In this document: in pieces, positions 36,134-44,866 of the stretch
Numbering within the stretch: position 1 is the stretch's first letter
Layout: each line of letters starts with the position of its first letter
From: an uncultured Acidimicrobiales bacterium
Lineage (GTDB): Bacteria > Actinomycetota > Acidimicrobiia > Acidimicrobiales > SHLQ01
Length of the DNA stretch: 64,000 nucleotides
Assembly: GCA_964562985.1 (NCBI GenBank)
Contig: CAZLWE010000006.1
Location: forward strand, 20,991 to 84,990
Reading direction: 5' to 3'
The notes under the pieces: model-generated
Database searches by the model: none
The model's input: the letters and a program-made list of their open reading frames with translations, nothing else
Told to the model about the DNA's origin: nothing
Position numbers and translations under genes: made by a program

Positions 36134-37519
36134 ATGGCTTCCGGACGCTCGGTGCGCGTGGAGATTGGAGAAGGTGGTTCCGACTCGTCGGACGCGCCTG
36201 AACCCGTTGCACTCGAGTCCAGGCGAGACAAGCGGGCGGTTCTGATTGGGGCGGTGCTGACACTTGGGCTCGTTGCAGCGGCGCTCTTGGTCTTTCGCCC
36301 CTCCGAAGGCGAAACCGCCGCCGGTACCCAACGACAGACGACAACGTCTACAACGGTCTCTCCCGCCACGTCCTTGGCATCAACGCCCACGGAGACGGTG
36401 GCCCCTGCCATCCCAGCCGCCTTCGCCGGTAGCGATGTCGTTTGGGGCCCATCAGGCTTTTTGGCGCTGCTACCCACCGGAAGCATTGGTTCGCTTCCCG
36501 CTCTCTACCGGTCCGACGATGGCATCGACTGGGAACACGTAGAGCTAGAGATTCCACCGATCGATGAAACCGGAATCGACTTTGTCGATTACTCAAATCT
36601 GATTGCTGCAGGGGGAGAGAATTTCGCGATTTTGCGGACCGGGTTTAGCAACGAAGGTCAAGGGCCTCGTCGGGCTCCTCGTATAACCGAGCGCCTGGTT
36701 TCGGCAGACGGGCAGCGTTGGGTCCTCGATGGCGCAGTCACCACGGTGCAACATCAGACCCTTGCGTCGCCCTCGTTCCATGTTTCCAACGCGTTCGGTT
36801 TCTCGATCGGCGCCGTCGTCTTGCAAGGGACCTCCGGCGTGGGCTGCGAGGCATTGCTAGGTAGCGAAGTGAACCCGTTCGCGAACCCGCAACTTATTCA
36901 CCGCTTTGGACGTCTGGAGCCGACCGAAGTGCGTGCATCGTCTGGCGTCGCGCACACCCAGCTCAGTGGAGCACGAATCGCGTCATTCACGTCGAATGAG
37001 ATACGTGTGGAGACATTGGCAGCGTGTGGTGTCTCTCCGGGCGATCTCGATTCAGTTCGTCTTGCGTCCATAGAAATCATCACGCCTGACGATGCTGTCA
37101 GACAAATTCCACTTCCCGAGACGGTCATCGATGCCGGAGACTTGGGAGATTGGCCCCAGCCTTCGCTATTTGGAATCGACGATGGACTGCTCGCAGTCCT
37201 CGGACGCTCGGTGTGGCGCCTCGAGGTGGATTCCGAGGAGTGGACCTGGCTACTGGATCTGCCTGCGGAGGCCGACTCGATTCGCGACTATCAGATCGTC
37301 GATGGGCGCTATGTGGTCGGGTTGGCCGAGGCGGTCGTCCTTCGCGCCGACCTCGAACTGGGTGAGGTAGCAACCAACACCATCTCCACGGGCCTCAACC
37401 CTGGATCCGAGATCTTGTACGCCGATAGCGAGATCATCATCACCGAAAGCCTCGACCAAAACGAAGCCACAACCCGCCTGCCTTTACCGACCCCGTTCTT
37501 CCCAGAAGACGAGGAGTAG
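36134..37519 (+). CDS. Paralogue 4 of the family
   Basis: It starts 3 nt after paralogue 3. MASGRSVRVEI; RRDKRAVLIGAVLTLGLVAAALLV; FRPSEGETAAGT; SDDGIDWEHV; SADGQRWVLD; SVWRLEVDSEEWT. Confidence 0.7.
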   Translation: MASGRSVRVEIGEGGSDSSDAPEPVALESRRDKRAVLIGAVLTLGLVAAALLVFRPSEGETAAGTQRQTTTSTTVSPATSLASTPTETVAPAIPAAFAGSDVVWGPSGFLALLPTGSIGSLPALYRSDDGIDWEHVELEIPPIDETGIDFVDYSNLIAAGGENFAILRTGFSNEGQGPRRAPRITERLVSADGQRWVLDGAVTTVQHQTLASPSFHVSNAFGFSIGAVVLQGTSGVGCEALLGSEVNPFANPQLIHRFGRLEPTEVRASSGVAHTQLSGARIASFTSNEIRVETLAACGVSPGDLDSVRLASIEIITPDDAVRQIPLPETVIDAGDLGDWPQPSLFGIDDGLLAVLGRSVWRLEVDSEEWTWLLDLPAEADSIRDYQIVDGRYVVGLAEAVVLRADLELGEVATNTISTGLNPGSEILYADSEIIITESLDQNEATTRLPLPTPFFPEDEE

Positions 37520-37530
37520 GTCCCCTACCC

Positions 37531-38307
37531 CTACCCCTGCCCAGCGAGGCGGCGGTTTTTGATCTTGGCTTGGACGTAGTCGCGGTTCATGAACGCGATG
37601 AAGTCCAGGCTGATTTCCTTCGGGCACGCTTCTTGGCATTCGCCGTGGTTTGTGCAGGTGCCGAAGAAGTCTTCCATGGTGTCGACCATGGCTTCGGTGC
37701 GCTTCCAGCGCTCGGATTGGCCTTGTGGCAACAGGTTGAGGTGCTGAATCTTGGCTGCGGTGAACAACTGCGCGGCGGAGTTCGGGCATGCGGCGACGCA
37801 CGCTCCACAACCGATGCAGGCCGCTGCGTCCATTGCAACGTCTGCGGCTTCCTTGGGAACCGGGATGAGGTTCGCGTCGGGAGCCGAACCAGTCGACACG
37901 GTGATGTAACCGCCGGCGTGTTGGATGTTGTCCATGGCCGCACGGCTAACCGCAAGATCCTTGATTACCGGGAAGCTGCGAGCGCGGAATGGTTCGATCG
38001 TGATGTGATCGCCGTTCTTGAACGAGCGCATGTGCAGCTGACAGGTTGCCTGGCCCTTGTTCGGGCCGTGTGCCTGACCGTCGATCATCAACGAACAGGT
38101 GCCGCAGATACCTTCGCGGCAGTCGCTTTCGAAGGTGATCGGTTCCTTGTCGTCGTTTACCAGCCGCTCGTTCACGATGTCGAGCATCTCGAGGAAGCTC
38201 GAGTCGGTGCTTATCTCACGAGCCTCGTAGGTCTCGAAGCGGCCCTTGTCGGCCGGACCGTTCTGACGCCATACATCGAGGGTGATGTTGATTAGTTCTT
38301 CGCTCAC
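37531..38307 (-). CDS. sdhB: Succinate dehydrogenase / fumarate reductase iron-sulfur subunit
   Basis: 258 aa with Cys clusters CREGICGTCS, CIGCGACVAACP and CTNHGECQEACP. Confidence 0.9.
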   Translation of the reverse strand: MSEELINITLDVWRQNGPADKGRFETYEAREISTDSSFLEMLDIVNERLVNDDKEPITFESDCREGICGTCSLMIDGQAHGPNKGQATCQLHMRSFKNGDHITIEPFRARSFPVIKDLAVSRAAMDNIQHAGGYITVSTGSAPDANLIPVPKEAADVAMDAAACIGCGACVAACPNSAAQLFTAAKIQHLNLLPQGQSERWKRTEAMVDTMEDFFGTCTNHGECQEACPKEISLDFIAFMNRDYVQAKIKNRRLAGQG

Positions 38308-38331
38308 TGCTTGTTCTTTCTCAATCTCGAG

Positions 38332-40281
38332 TTACTTGTAGCTGCGCTGGCTGAGCTGAACGTATTCAAACTCAAGCTGTTCTTCGTGCTTATTCTGCAT
38401 GGTCGCTTCATCGACCCATTCCCATGCGGCGACGTGGCTGAAGTTCTCGTCGTCGCGAAGTGCCTCACCCTCTTCGGTCTGGCTCTCCTCACGGAAGTGG
38501 CCGCCACAGGACTCCTCGCGCACGAGTGCGTCGTGGGCCTTGATCTTGGCGAGTTCGAAGAAGTCCGAGATTCGCTGAACCTTCTCGAGTTCGATGTTCA
38601 TCGAGGTGGCGTCGCCCTTCACACGGACATCCGCGCGGAAATCTTCTTCGAGTGCGGAGATTTCGCCTTGGGCTTTTTCGAGACCGTTCTTGTCTCGGGC
38701 CATACCGATGCGCTCCCACACGATCTTGCCGAGCTCACGGTGGAAGTACTCAGGGGAGCGGGTTCCGTTGACGGACAACCACTTGGCGGTTTGATCCTTG
38801 ACTTCGTTCTCGGCCTCGACGAAGACGGGGTCGGTGGTCGGGACGACCGAGTCGCCCAACTTGTCGGCCAGGTAATCGCCAATGGTGTACGGCAAGACGA
38901 AGTATCCGTCTGCCAGGCCTTGCATGAGTGCCGAAGCGCCGAGGCGGTTCGCGCCGTGGTCCGAGAAGTTCGCTTCGCCGATGGCGTAGGTGCCGGGCAC
39001 CGTGGTCATCAGGTGGTAGTCGACCCACAGGCCGCCCATCGTGTAGTGGGTTGCGGGGTAGATGCGCATCGGCCTCGAGTACGGATCTTCGCCGGTGATG
39101 TTGGCGTAGATGTCGAACAGGTTGCCGTACTTGGCTTCGATCGTTTCCTTGCCGTCGCGAGCGATGGCATCGGCAAAGTCAAGGAACACACCGTTCTTGA
39201 GCGGACCGACGCCGCGGCCTTCGTCGACCACGGTCTTTGCGTTACGTGACGCAACGTCGCGAGGTACGAGGTTGCCGAAGGCTGGGTACTTGCGCTCGAG
39301 GTAGTAGTCGCGGGCGTCTTCTGGGATATCGCCTGCGGCTCGGTTGTCGTCGAACTCTCTTGGGACCCAAATACGGCCGTCGTTACGTAATGACTCCGAC
39401 ATCAGGGTGAGCTTCGACTGGTGATCTGCCGACGCCGGGATGCAGGTCGGGTGGATCTGCGTGTAACACGGGTTGGCAAAGAACGCTCCACGGCGATGGG
39501 CACGCCACGCTGCGGTGGCGTTCGACATCATCGCGTTTGTCGAGAGGTAGTACACGTTGCCGTAGCCGCCGGTTGCGAGCACAACGGCGTGAGCAGAGTG
39601 CGACTCGACCTCACCGGTCAGTAGGTCGCGGGTGATGATGCCTGCGGTCTGGCCGTCCTTGACGACGAGATCGAGCATCTCTTTGCGGTTGTGCATCTCG
39701 ACGGTGCCAGCCTCGATCTGACGGTTCAGCGCGGAGTACGCGCCGAGCAGAAGCTGCTGGCCGGTCTGGCCTCGGGCGTAGAACGTGCGCGATACCTGGG
39801 CACCACCGAACGAACGGTTGTCGAGGAGACCGCCGTAGTCACGTGCGAAGGGCACGCCCTGCGCGGTGGCCTGGTCGATGATGTTGACCGAGACCTCGGC
39901 GAGACGATGCACGTTGGCTTCGCGAGAGCGGTAGTCGCCGCCCTTCACCGTGTCGTAGAACAAGCGGTAGACCGAGTCGCCGTCGTTCTGGTAGTTCTTT
40001 GCGGCGTTGATGCCGCCTTGGGCGGCGATCGAGTGCGCCCGGCGGGGGCTGTCGTGGAAGGTGAAGGCCTTTACCTTGTAGCCAAGCTCGGCCATGGTTG
40101 CCGCGGCGGATGCTCCGGCGAGGCCGGTACCGACAACGATTACGGTGAACTTGCGCTTGTTGTTCGGGTTCACCAGCTTCATCGAGAACTTGTGGTTCTC
40201 CCACATGGTGGTGATGTCGCCTTCAGGGACCTTCGAATCGAGGGCTGGGCTTGTGGCCTTCGGCTGAATGGTTGCGGTCAT
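38332..40281 (-). CDS. sdhA: Succinate dehydrogenase / fumarate reductase flavoprotein subunit (long, Sdh1/FrdA-like)
   Basis: 649 aa with [12 protein letters not shown] and [14 protein letters not shown] (the covalent-FAD His), plus HYTMGG. Confidence 0.9.
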   Translation of the reverse strand: MTATIQPKATSPALDSKVPEGDITTMWENHKFSMKLVNPNNKRKFTVIVVGTGLAGASAAATMAELGYKVKAFTFHDSPRRAHSIAAQGGINAAKNYQNDGDSVYRLFYDTVKGGDYRSREANVHRLAEVSVNIIDQATAQGVPFARDYGGLLDNRSFGGAQVSRTFYARGQTGQQLLLGAYSALNRQIEAGTVEMHNRKEMLDLVVKDGQTAGIITRDLLTGEVESHSAHAVVLATGGYGNVYYLSTNAMMSNATAAWRAHRRGAFFANPCYTQIHPTCIPASADHQSKLTLMSESLRNDGRIWVPREFDDNRAAGDIPEDARDYYLERKYPAFGNLVPRDVASRNAKTVVDEGRGVGPLKNGVFLDFADAIARDGKETIEAKYGNLFDIYANITGEDPYSRPMRIYPATHYTMGGLWVDYHLMTTVPGTYAIGEANFSDHGANRLGASALMQGLADGYFVLPYTIGDYLADKLGDSVVPTTDPVFVEAENEVKDQTAKWLSVNGTRSPEYFHRELGKIVWERIGMARDKNGLEKAQGEISALEEDFRADVRVKGDATSMNIELEKVQRISDFFELAKIKAHDALVREESCGGHFREESQTEEGEALRDDENFSHVAAWEWVDEATMQNKHEEQLEFEYVQLSQRSYK

Positions 40282-40284
40282 TGG

Positions 40285-41181
40285 TTACTCGCCTGCCTCT
40301 TCTAGTTCTGCTTCGAACTCTTCTAGTGTTCCTGCTTCTTCTGCTTCGAGGTACTCCTCGAAGCAGGCCACGGCGCCTTCTTCGGTTGTCTCCAAAGCGC
40401 ATGGGTTGTCGTCGTTGTCGATGACGCCGGCCTGAACCAGGATCGGGAAGCTCAGGTTGCCTATAAGAATGACAGCCGCCAGGCCAGCAGCCAGGCCTCT
40501 ACGGGCTTGGTTGTACTTCGGGTTGTTGATACCAAGGCTCTGAAACATCGACCAGGCACCGTGGAAGATGTGCAGCGCGAGAGCCACGTTGGCGATGATG
40601 TAGATGATCGCGACTGGCAAGTTGCCCAATGAGTTTGCGACGTTGCCGAAGGGGTCGCCACGCACGTAGTCGGTGCTTGGGATAAAGCCCCAGGTGAGAT
40701 CAGCGAGGTGGAAGATCAGGTAGAACAAGATGATCGGACCCGTCCAGCGCATGGTGCGGCTGGCGTAGTTGGCAGCGATGTAGTCGCGGCCGCCCGGGTA
40801 GCTCTTCGCGCCGTCGATGAAGCCGGCGTTCTCGCTCGCCTTACGGCTGACTTCCTTTGTGGTGTAGGCCGCAGCGATGTGCAGGCCGAACATGGCGATC
40901 AGGCCGAAGCGCAGCACCCACAGGAGCCAGGTACGCGGGATGATGTCGCCGCCCAGTTCACGGAGTGCCTCGGCGTACTCGTGGAGCTCGGCCGGGCCCT
41001 CGTATAGGTGCAGGTTGCCGATCATGTGGGCGAGCACGAATCCGAGCAGGCCCGCACCGGTAATTGCCATAACCCACTTGCGTCCGATCGCGGACTGCCA
41101 GATGTTGAGCGGGAACGGTAGAGGCTTCGGCCGCGTACGAATCGGTTGCGGATTTCGCAGGTCTACGGTGGACTGCGCCAT
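40285..41181 (-). CDS. sdhC: Succinate dehydrogenase cytochrome b membrane anchor (single-subunit, 5-TM type) with an acidic C-terminal tail
   Basis: The start is moved to ATG 41181 (GGGAGAA upstream). It is polytopic with conserved His residues in its helices. The last ~48 aa are D/E-rich with two Cys. Confidence 0.75.
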   Translation of the reverse strand: MAQSTVDLRNPQPIRTRPKPLPFPLNIWQSAIGRKWVMAITGAGLLGFVLAHMIGNLHLYEGPAELHEYAEALRELGGDIIPRTWLLWVLRFGLIAMFGLHIAAAYTTKEVSRKASENAGFIDGAKSYPGGRDYIAANYASRTMRWTGPIILFYLIFHLADLTWGFIPSTDYVRGDPFGNVANSLGNLPVAIIYIIANVALALHIFHGAWSMFQSLGINNPKYNQARRGLAAGLAAVILIGNLSFPILVQAGVIDNDDNPCALETTEEGAVACFEEYLEAEEAGTLEEFEAELEEAGE

Positions 41182-41400
41182 CGAGTTCTCCCTAGTTGTC
41201 GAGCATTGGCGGGCGTTCACGTCACGAGACGCGTTAGGGCACACCGTGCATATCGGGTCAATTCTGCCTCACGGAGCGACCGATGCGCGCAAATTGATCA
41301 ATCTGTCACACAGATGTTTCCCAACCAGAGGCCTGGGTCGCTTGTATGTGGCCGTATATGAGGCTCCGAGTGATCCTTTTGGCGTCACCTGCGAGTCGAT

Positions 41401-43542
41401 TTAGGACGCAGTGAATTCGTACTTGTTCGATGACGGAGCCCCGCCGTCGACCGAGACTGCAATATCCACTGTCGCCTCGGCCCCGATTCGACCGCCCCGG
41501 ATCGGCAGATCCGCGATGAACTGGGTCTCATCCGCGCTCAAGTTCCCCTGCCAGGACCTGGTCTTGGAACCTCGATGATCAGCGACGGTCGCAGTGATAC
41601 GCGCGTCGTGGTAGTCCGTGGTTGAGTCATTGCAGACAAAGAGTGCCAACGACGTTGAACTCCGTGCCGGGATGTGCGGCGTCGTCGGGTACAGGACGGG
41701 GAGCACCGACCTTTGGGCGCTCTTCACGGTTTCGAGTGCGAGTCGGGGCGTGCCGTCAGCATTGACGAGCGCGCGGCTTAGGCCGGTCTGCGCCGTGCGC
41801 CAGATGCCAGCGCAGTAGCCGCCGACGGGTCGATACTTGAGCACTCGCAGGGTCTCGATCATGGCTTTGAGTACATCGGCTTGATGCTGTTGTGACGCTG
41901 CGGCCCAGGTGCCGAGGTCTTCGTAGGTTGCGGGTGGGATCACCCGTCGTAGAACTTCGGCTTCGGCGCCGGTGATGTCGAGGAGTGCGTCGAGGTCCGT
42001 GTGGTCGAGCGGCAAAGCTTGCGATCCCATATCGGAAACAAAGCGGACGAGCCGGGGGAGTGTGGCGGCGTACTCGGCGATGCCTTCGGCGAGGCTGTCG
42101 AACCAGCCGAAGTACAAGCTGAGATCGCTGCCCGATAGCTGCGGAACGTGTGGCCCGACGTCGGAGTGGGCCACGATTGGCCGACTCGGGTCGGTTCGCT
42201 CGAAGGCTCGACGGATTGCTCGATCGAGGATCGTGCGATTCCAACTCGGGAGCTGCTGTCGGCGTAGGTCGGGGGCTGCGGTCGTGCGAGCTTCGGCGGT
42301 GTGGGGCCTCGAGTGCCCTCCCCAGATCACGATCGACGGGTGGTGTCCGAGGAGGTCGACGAGGTCTCGAGTCTGTAGTTCGGCAGCGTCGGTCACGCTG
42401 CGGTCGTAGGGGCCCACCAGTGGGAGGTCTTGCCAGACCAGCACGCCGAGCTCATCGGCAGCATCGATGAATTCGCGTCGGGTGACGTGGCCGCGCACTC
42501 GGATGAGATTGAATCCAGCGTCGCGTATGGCAGCCACCTCGGCGTAGATCTCGTCGATTGGCATCGTCGCCAAGTCGTGGCGCATCACCGGCAGGTTGAT
42601 TCCACGAAGGAAGGTCCTGCGATTGTTGACCCGCAAGATGAAGTCGTGCAGGTCGGCGGTTCGGAAACCGATGCGACGGTGCTTGCGGTCGGTGACGTTG
42701 CCGCCGCTATCGCGGGCGGTCACGTTGACGTCGAAGAGCGGCTGCTCACCCTGCCCGGTCGGCCACCACAGTTCCGGATTTGGAACGTCGATTGTCCACT
42801 CGACCTGATTCTCACCGGCGGCGACGGCGTGAGAATCGGTGTGGGTGATGCCCGCAACCTCCGTGGTTAGCTTCGTGTGGCCTGGTTCGCTTGCGAGGAG
42901 CACGGCTCGCAACGTGATCTGCGCGCTGGCCGTGTCTGCATTGGTGCACACGACTCGGAAGTGGCGGACCGCGACCGGTCCGGTGTCGACGATGTTCACG
43001 GGCCGCCAGATGCCTGCCGGATTCCAGTGCGGGGCGAGGCCAGGCCCGTTCGTCAGCCAGCCGGTGAGGTCGCGTTTGTCTTCGCCTCCAGCGGTGGACG
43101 GGGCTCGTACCTCGATGGCCAGCACGGAGCTGCCGGACTTCGACACGAGGTCAGTGACCTCGAACCGGTGATGGGTGAAGTAGCCCTCGGTCTGCCCGAT
43201 GTAGGCGCCATCGATGAAGATGTCGCCGGCGTAGCAGATGCCGTTGAACCGCAGCCAGCGACGTTGCCCGGTTCGCAGTTCTGGCACGGTGAGATCGGCC
43301 CGATAGAGGAGGGTGCCGTCGAAGTCGGCGAACTCCGGATGGGTTTGCCAGTGACTCGGCACATCGATCGGATGCCATGCCGAGTCGTCGTAGTCCGGAT
43401 CGGAAAAGTCTCGGAGCAGCCGTTCGGTTGCTGGCATGGCTCGCCAGTTGGTTATGCCAGAACCGCCTGCTTCGCGCCCGGACCCATCGTTCACCCGTCC
43501 AAGACTAAACCCTCTTCGTCGTCGGGCTTGCCACGGAACCAT
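41401..43542 (-). CDS. Glycoside hydrolase family 2 (beta-mannosidase/beta-galactosidase-like)
   Basis: Motifs are ..DDSAWHPIDVPSHWQ.., LRFNGICYAGDIFIDG, RGINL and VWQDLP. The ORF is open to 43575, but a palindromic repeat unit occupies codons 4-9 of that version, so ATG 43542 is preferred. The start is uncertain. Confidence 0.75.
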   Translation of the reverse strand: MVPWQARRRRGFSLGRVNDGSGREAGGSGITNWRAMPATERLLRDFSDPDYDDSAWHPIDVPSHWQTHPEFADFDGTLLYRADLTVPELRTGQRRWLRFNGICYAGDIFIDGAYIGQTEGYFTHHRFEVTDLVSKSGSSVLAIEVRAPSTAGGEDKRDLTGWLTNGPGLAPHWNPAGIWRPVNIVDTGPVAVRHFRVVCTNADTASAQITLRAVLLASEPGHTKLTTEVAGITHTDSHAVAAGENQVEWTIDVPNPELWWPTGQGEQPLFDVNVTARDSGGNVTDRKHRRIGFRTADLHDFILRVNNRRTFLRGINLPVMRHDLATMPIDEIYAEVAAIRDAGFNLIRVRGHVTRREFIDAADELGVLVWQDLPLVGPYDRSVTDAAELQTRDLVDLLGHHPSIVIWGGHSRPHTAEARTTAAPDLRRQQLPSWNRTILDRAIRRAFERTDPSRPIVAHSDVGPHVPQLSGSDLSLYFGWFDSLAEGIAEYAATLPRLVRFVSDMGSQALPLDHTDLDALLDITGAEAEVLRRVIPPATYEDLGTWAAASQQHQADVLKAMIETLRVLKYRPVGGYCAGIWRTAQTGLSRALVNADGTPRLALETVKSAQRSVLPVLYPTTPHIPARSSTSLALFVCNDSTTDYHDARITATVADHRGSKTRSWQGNLSADETQFIADLPIRGGRIGAEATVDIAVSVDGGAPSSNKYEFTAS

Positions 43543-43551
43543 CTCGGACTT

Positions 43552-43645
43552 AGGGGCCTGACCCCTAATTCGCATTAGGGGTCAGGGCAGGGCAAAGTTC
43601 TGTTGATTTTGCAACGAACGTGCTGTCGATAGGGGTCAGGCCCCT
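43552..43645. repeat. Three copies of a 15-nt palindromic unit AGGGG-N5-CCCCT (REP-like)
   Basis: AGGGGCCTGACCCCT lies at 43552..43566. A degenerate AGGGGTCAGGGC lies at 43577..43588. AGGGGTCAGGCCCCT at 43631..43645 is the exact reverse complement of copy 1. Confidence 0.6.
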
Positions 43646-43650
43646 TTCGG

Positions 43651-44763
43651 CTAGATAAACGGAAGCTCTTGCATCGTTGCCGTTGCGGTACCGTCCGGCG
43701 TCTGCACCTCAACGGTGGCTGCTGCCTCAAACAGCGCGCGGTCGACCTGGCCCAACCCGATCGTGCGGTCGAGGCGATGGCTGTGCACCACCGCAGACAG
43801 GATGCCGACCTGTTTGCCATCGTGGGTCACGGGCGTGCGTTCGATGAGTGGCCACGCTTCTTTGAGATCGATATTGATGTTGTAGCCAACGAACAAACGC
43901 TCCGGTCCACCTGCCGCAACCATCGCCTGCAGCGCGGCCTTGCCGATGTAGTCGACATCGGTGTCGACATCGACGTAGCGGGCCATGCCAACCTCGAGCG
44001 GGTTCGACTTCGGCGTGTGATCGCCGCCCCACGACAGCAGCCCGCTCTCCACACGCTCCACATGGTTCGGTGCGCCTGGGCCGATGTCGTACTTCTCTCC
44101 AGCGGCCATCACCTTGTCCCACAGTTCGTCGCCGCGGGAGCCGTCGGTCAACCACAGTTCGAAGCCGCCCTGCTTCGACCATCCCGCTCGCACCAAGTGC
44201 AAAGGGATGCCGTCGAGGTCGGTCTCGACCGACCAGAAGTACTTCATTCCTCGAACGTGCTCACCGAACAGATCGGCGATCAGGTCTTCGGCCTTGGGTC
44301 CCTGCACGGCCAGCGGTGATACGTCGGGCTCGCTGAGCTCAACATCCCAGCCCTTCTCGGCGGCGATGCCCTTGCACCACAGCAACATGTCGTGATCGGC
44401 GAGCGAGAACCAGAACCGGTCCTCAGCGACCTTCAACAGCACCGGGTCGTTCAAGATGTGGCCGTCGTGGTCGCACATCGCCACGTACTTGCCCTGCCCG
44501 ACGGCTTGCTTGGAGATATCTCGACTCGTGAAGTACTGCGCGCACACCCCTGCGTCGGGTCCGTAGATCTCTAGTTGACGCTGCACGGCCACATCCCAAA
44601 TGGCGACCCCGTTGATCAAGCGGTCGTACTCGGCTTTGAGGTCTCCGTACGACGTCGGCATCGCCATCTTGTTGTAGACGCTGATGTCGGTCAGGCCCGC
44701 TGCCACCGTTGACTCGTAGTACGCCGAATGTCGAATACGTGGAGAGAGAGTAAGGCGATGCAT
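43651..44763 (-). CDS. Aminomethyltransferase (GcvT) family protein, DmdA-like
   Basis: 370 aa with ..VYNKMAMPTSY..EY..L..GVAIWDVAVQRQLEIYGPDA.., NDPVLLK, FWFSLADHDMLLW, EPDVSPLAVQGPKA, SKQGGFELW and ERVESGLLSWG. Confidence 0.7.
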   Translation of the reverse strand: MHRLTLSPRIRHSAYYESTVAAGLTDISVYNKMAMPTSYGDLKAEYDRLINGVAIWDVAVQRQLEIYGPDAGVCAQYFTSRDISKQAVGQGKYVAMCDHDGHILNDPVLLKVAEDRFWFSLADHDMLLWCKGIAAEKGWDVELSEPDVSPLAVQGPKAEDLIADLFGEHVRGMKYFWSVETDLDGIPLHLVRAGWSKQGGFELWLTDGSRGDELWDKVMAAGEKYDIGPGAPNHVERVESGLLSWGGDHTPKSNPLEVGMARYVDVDTDVDYIGKAALQAMVAAGGPERLFVGYNINIDLKEAWPLIERTPVTHDGKQVGILSAVVHSHRLDRTIGLGQVDRALFEAAATVEVQTPDGTATATMQELPFI

Positions 44764-44866
44764 GGCCGTCAGTATTCACGCTAAATGAAACCACCGTCCA
44801 GCCAGAACCGTGTTCATGCCCCAACCCGTCAACCGCGATTATTAAGCCTGTGATAAGCACAAGGCC

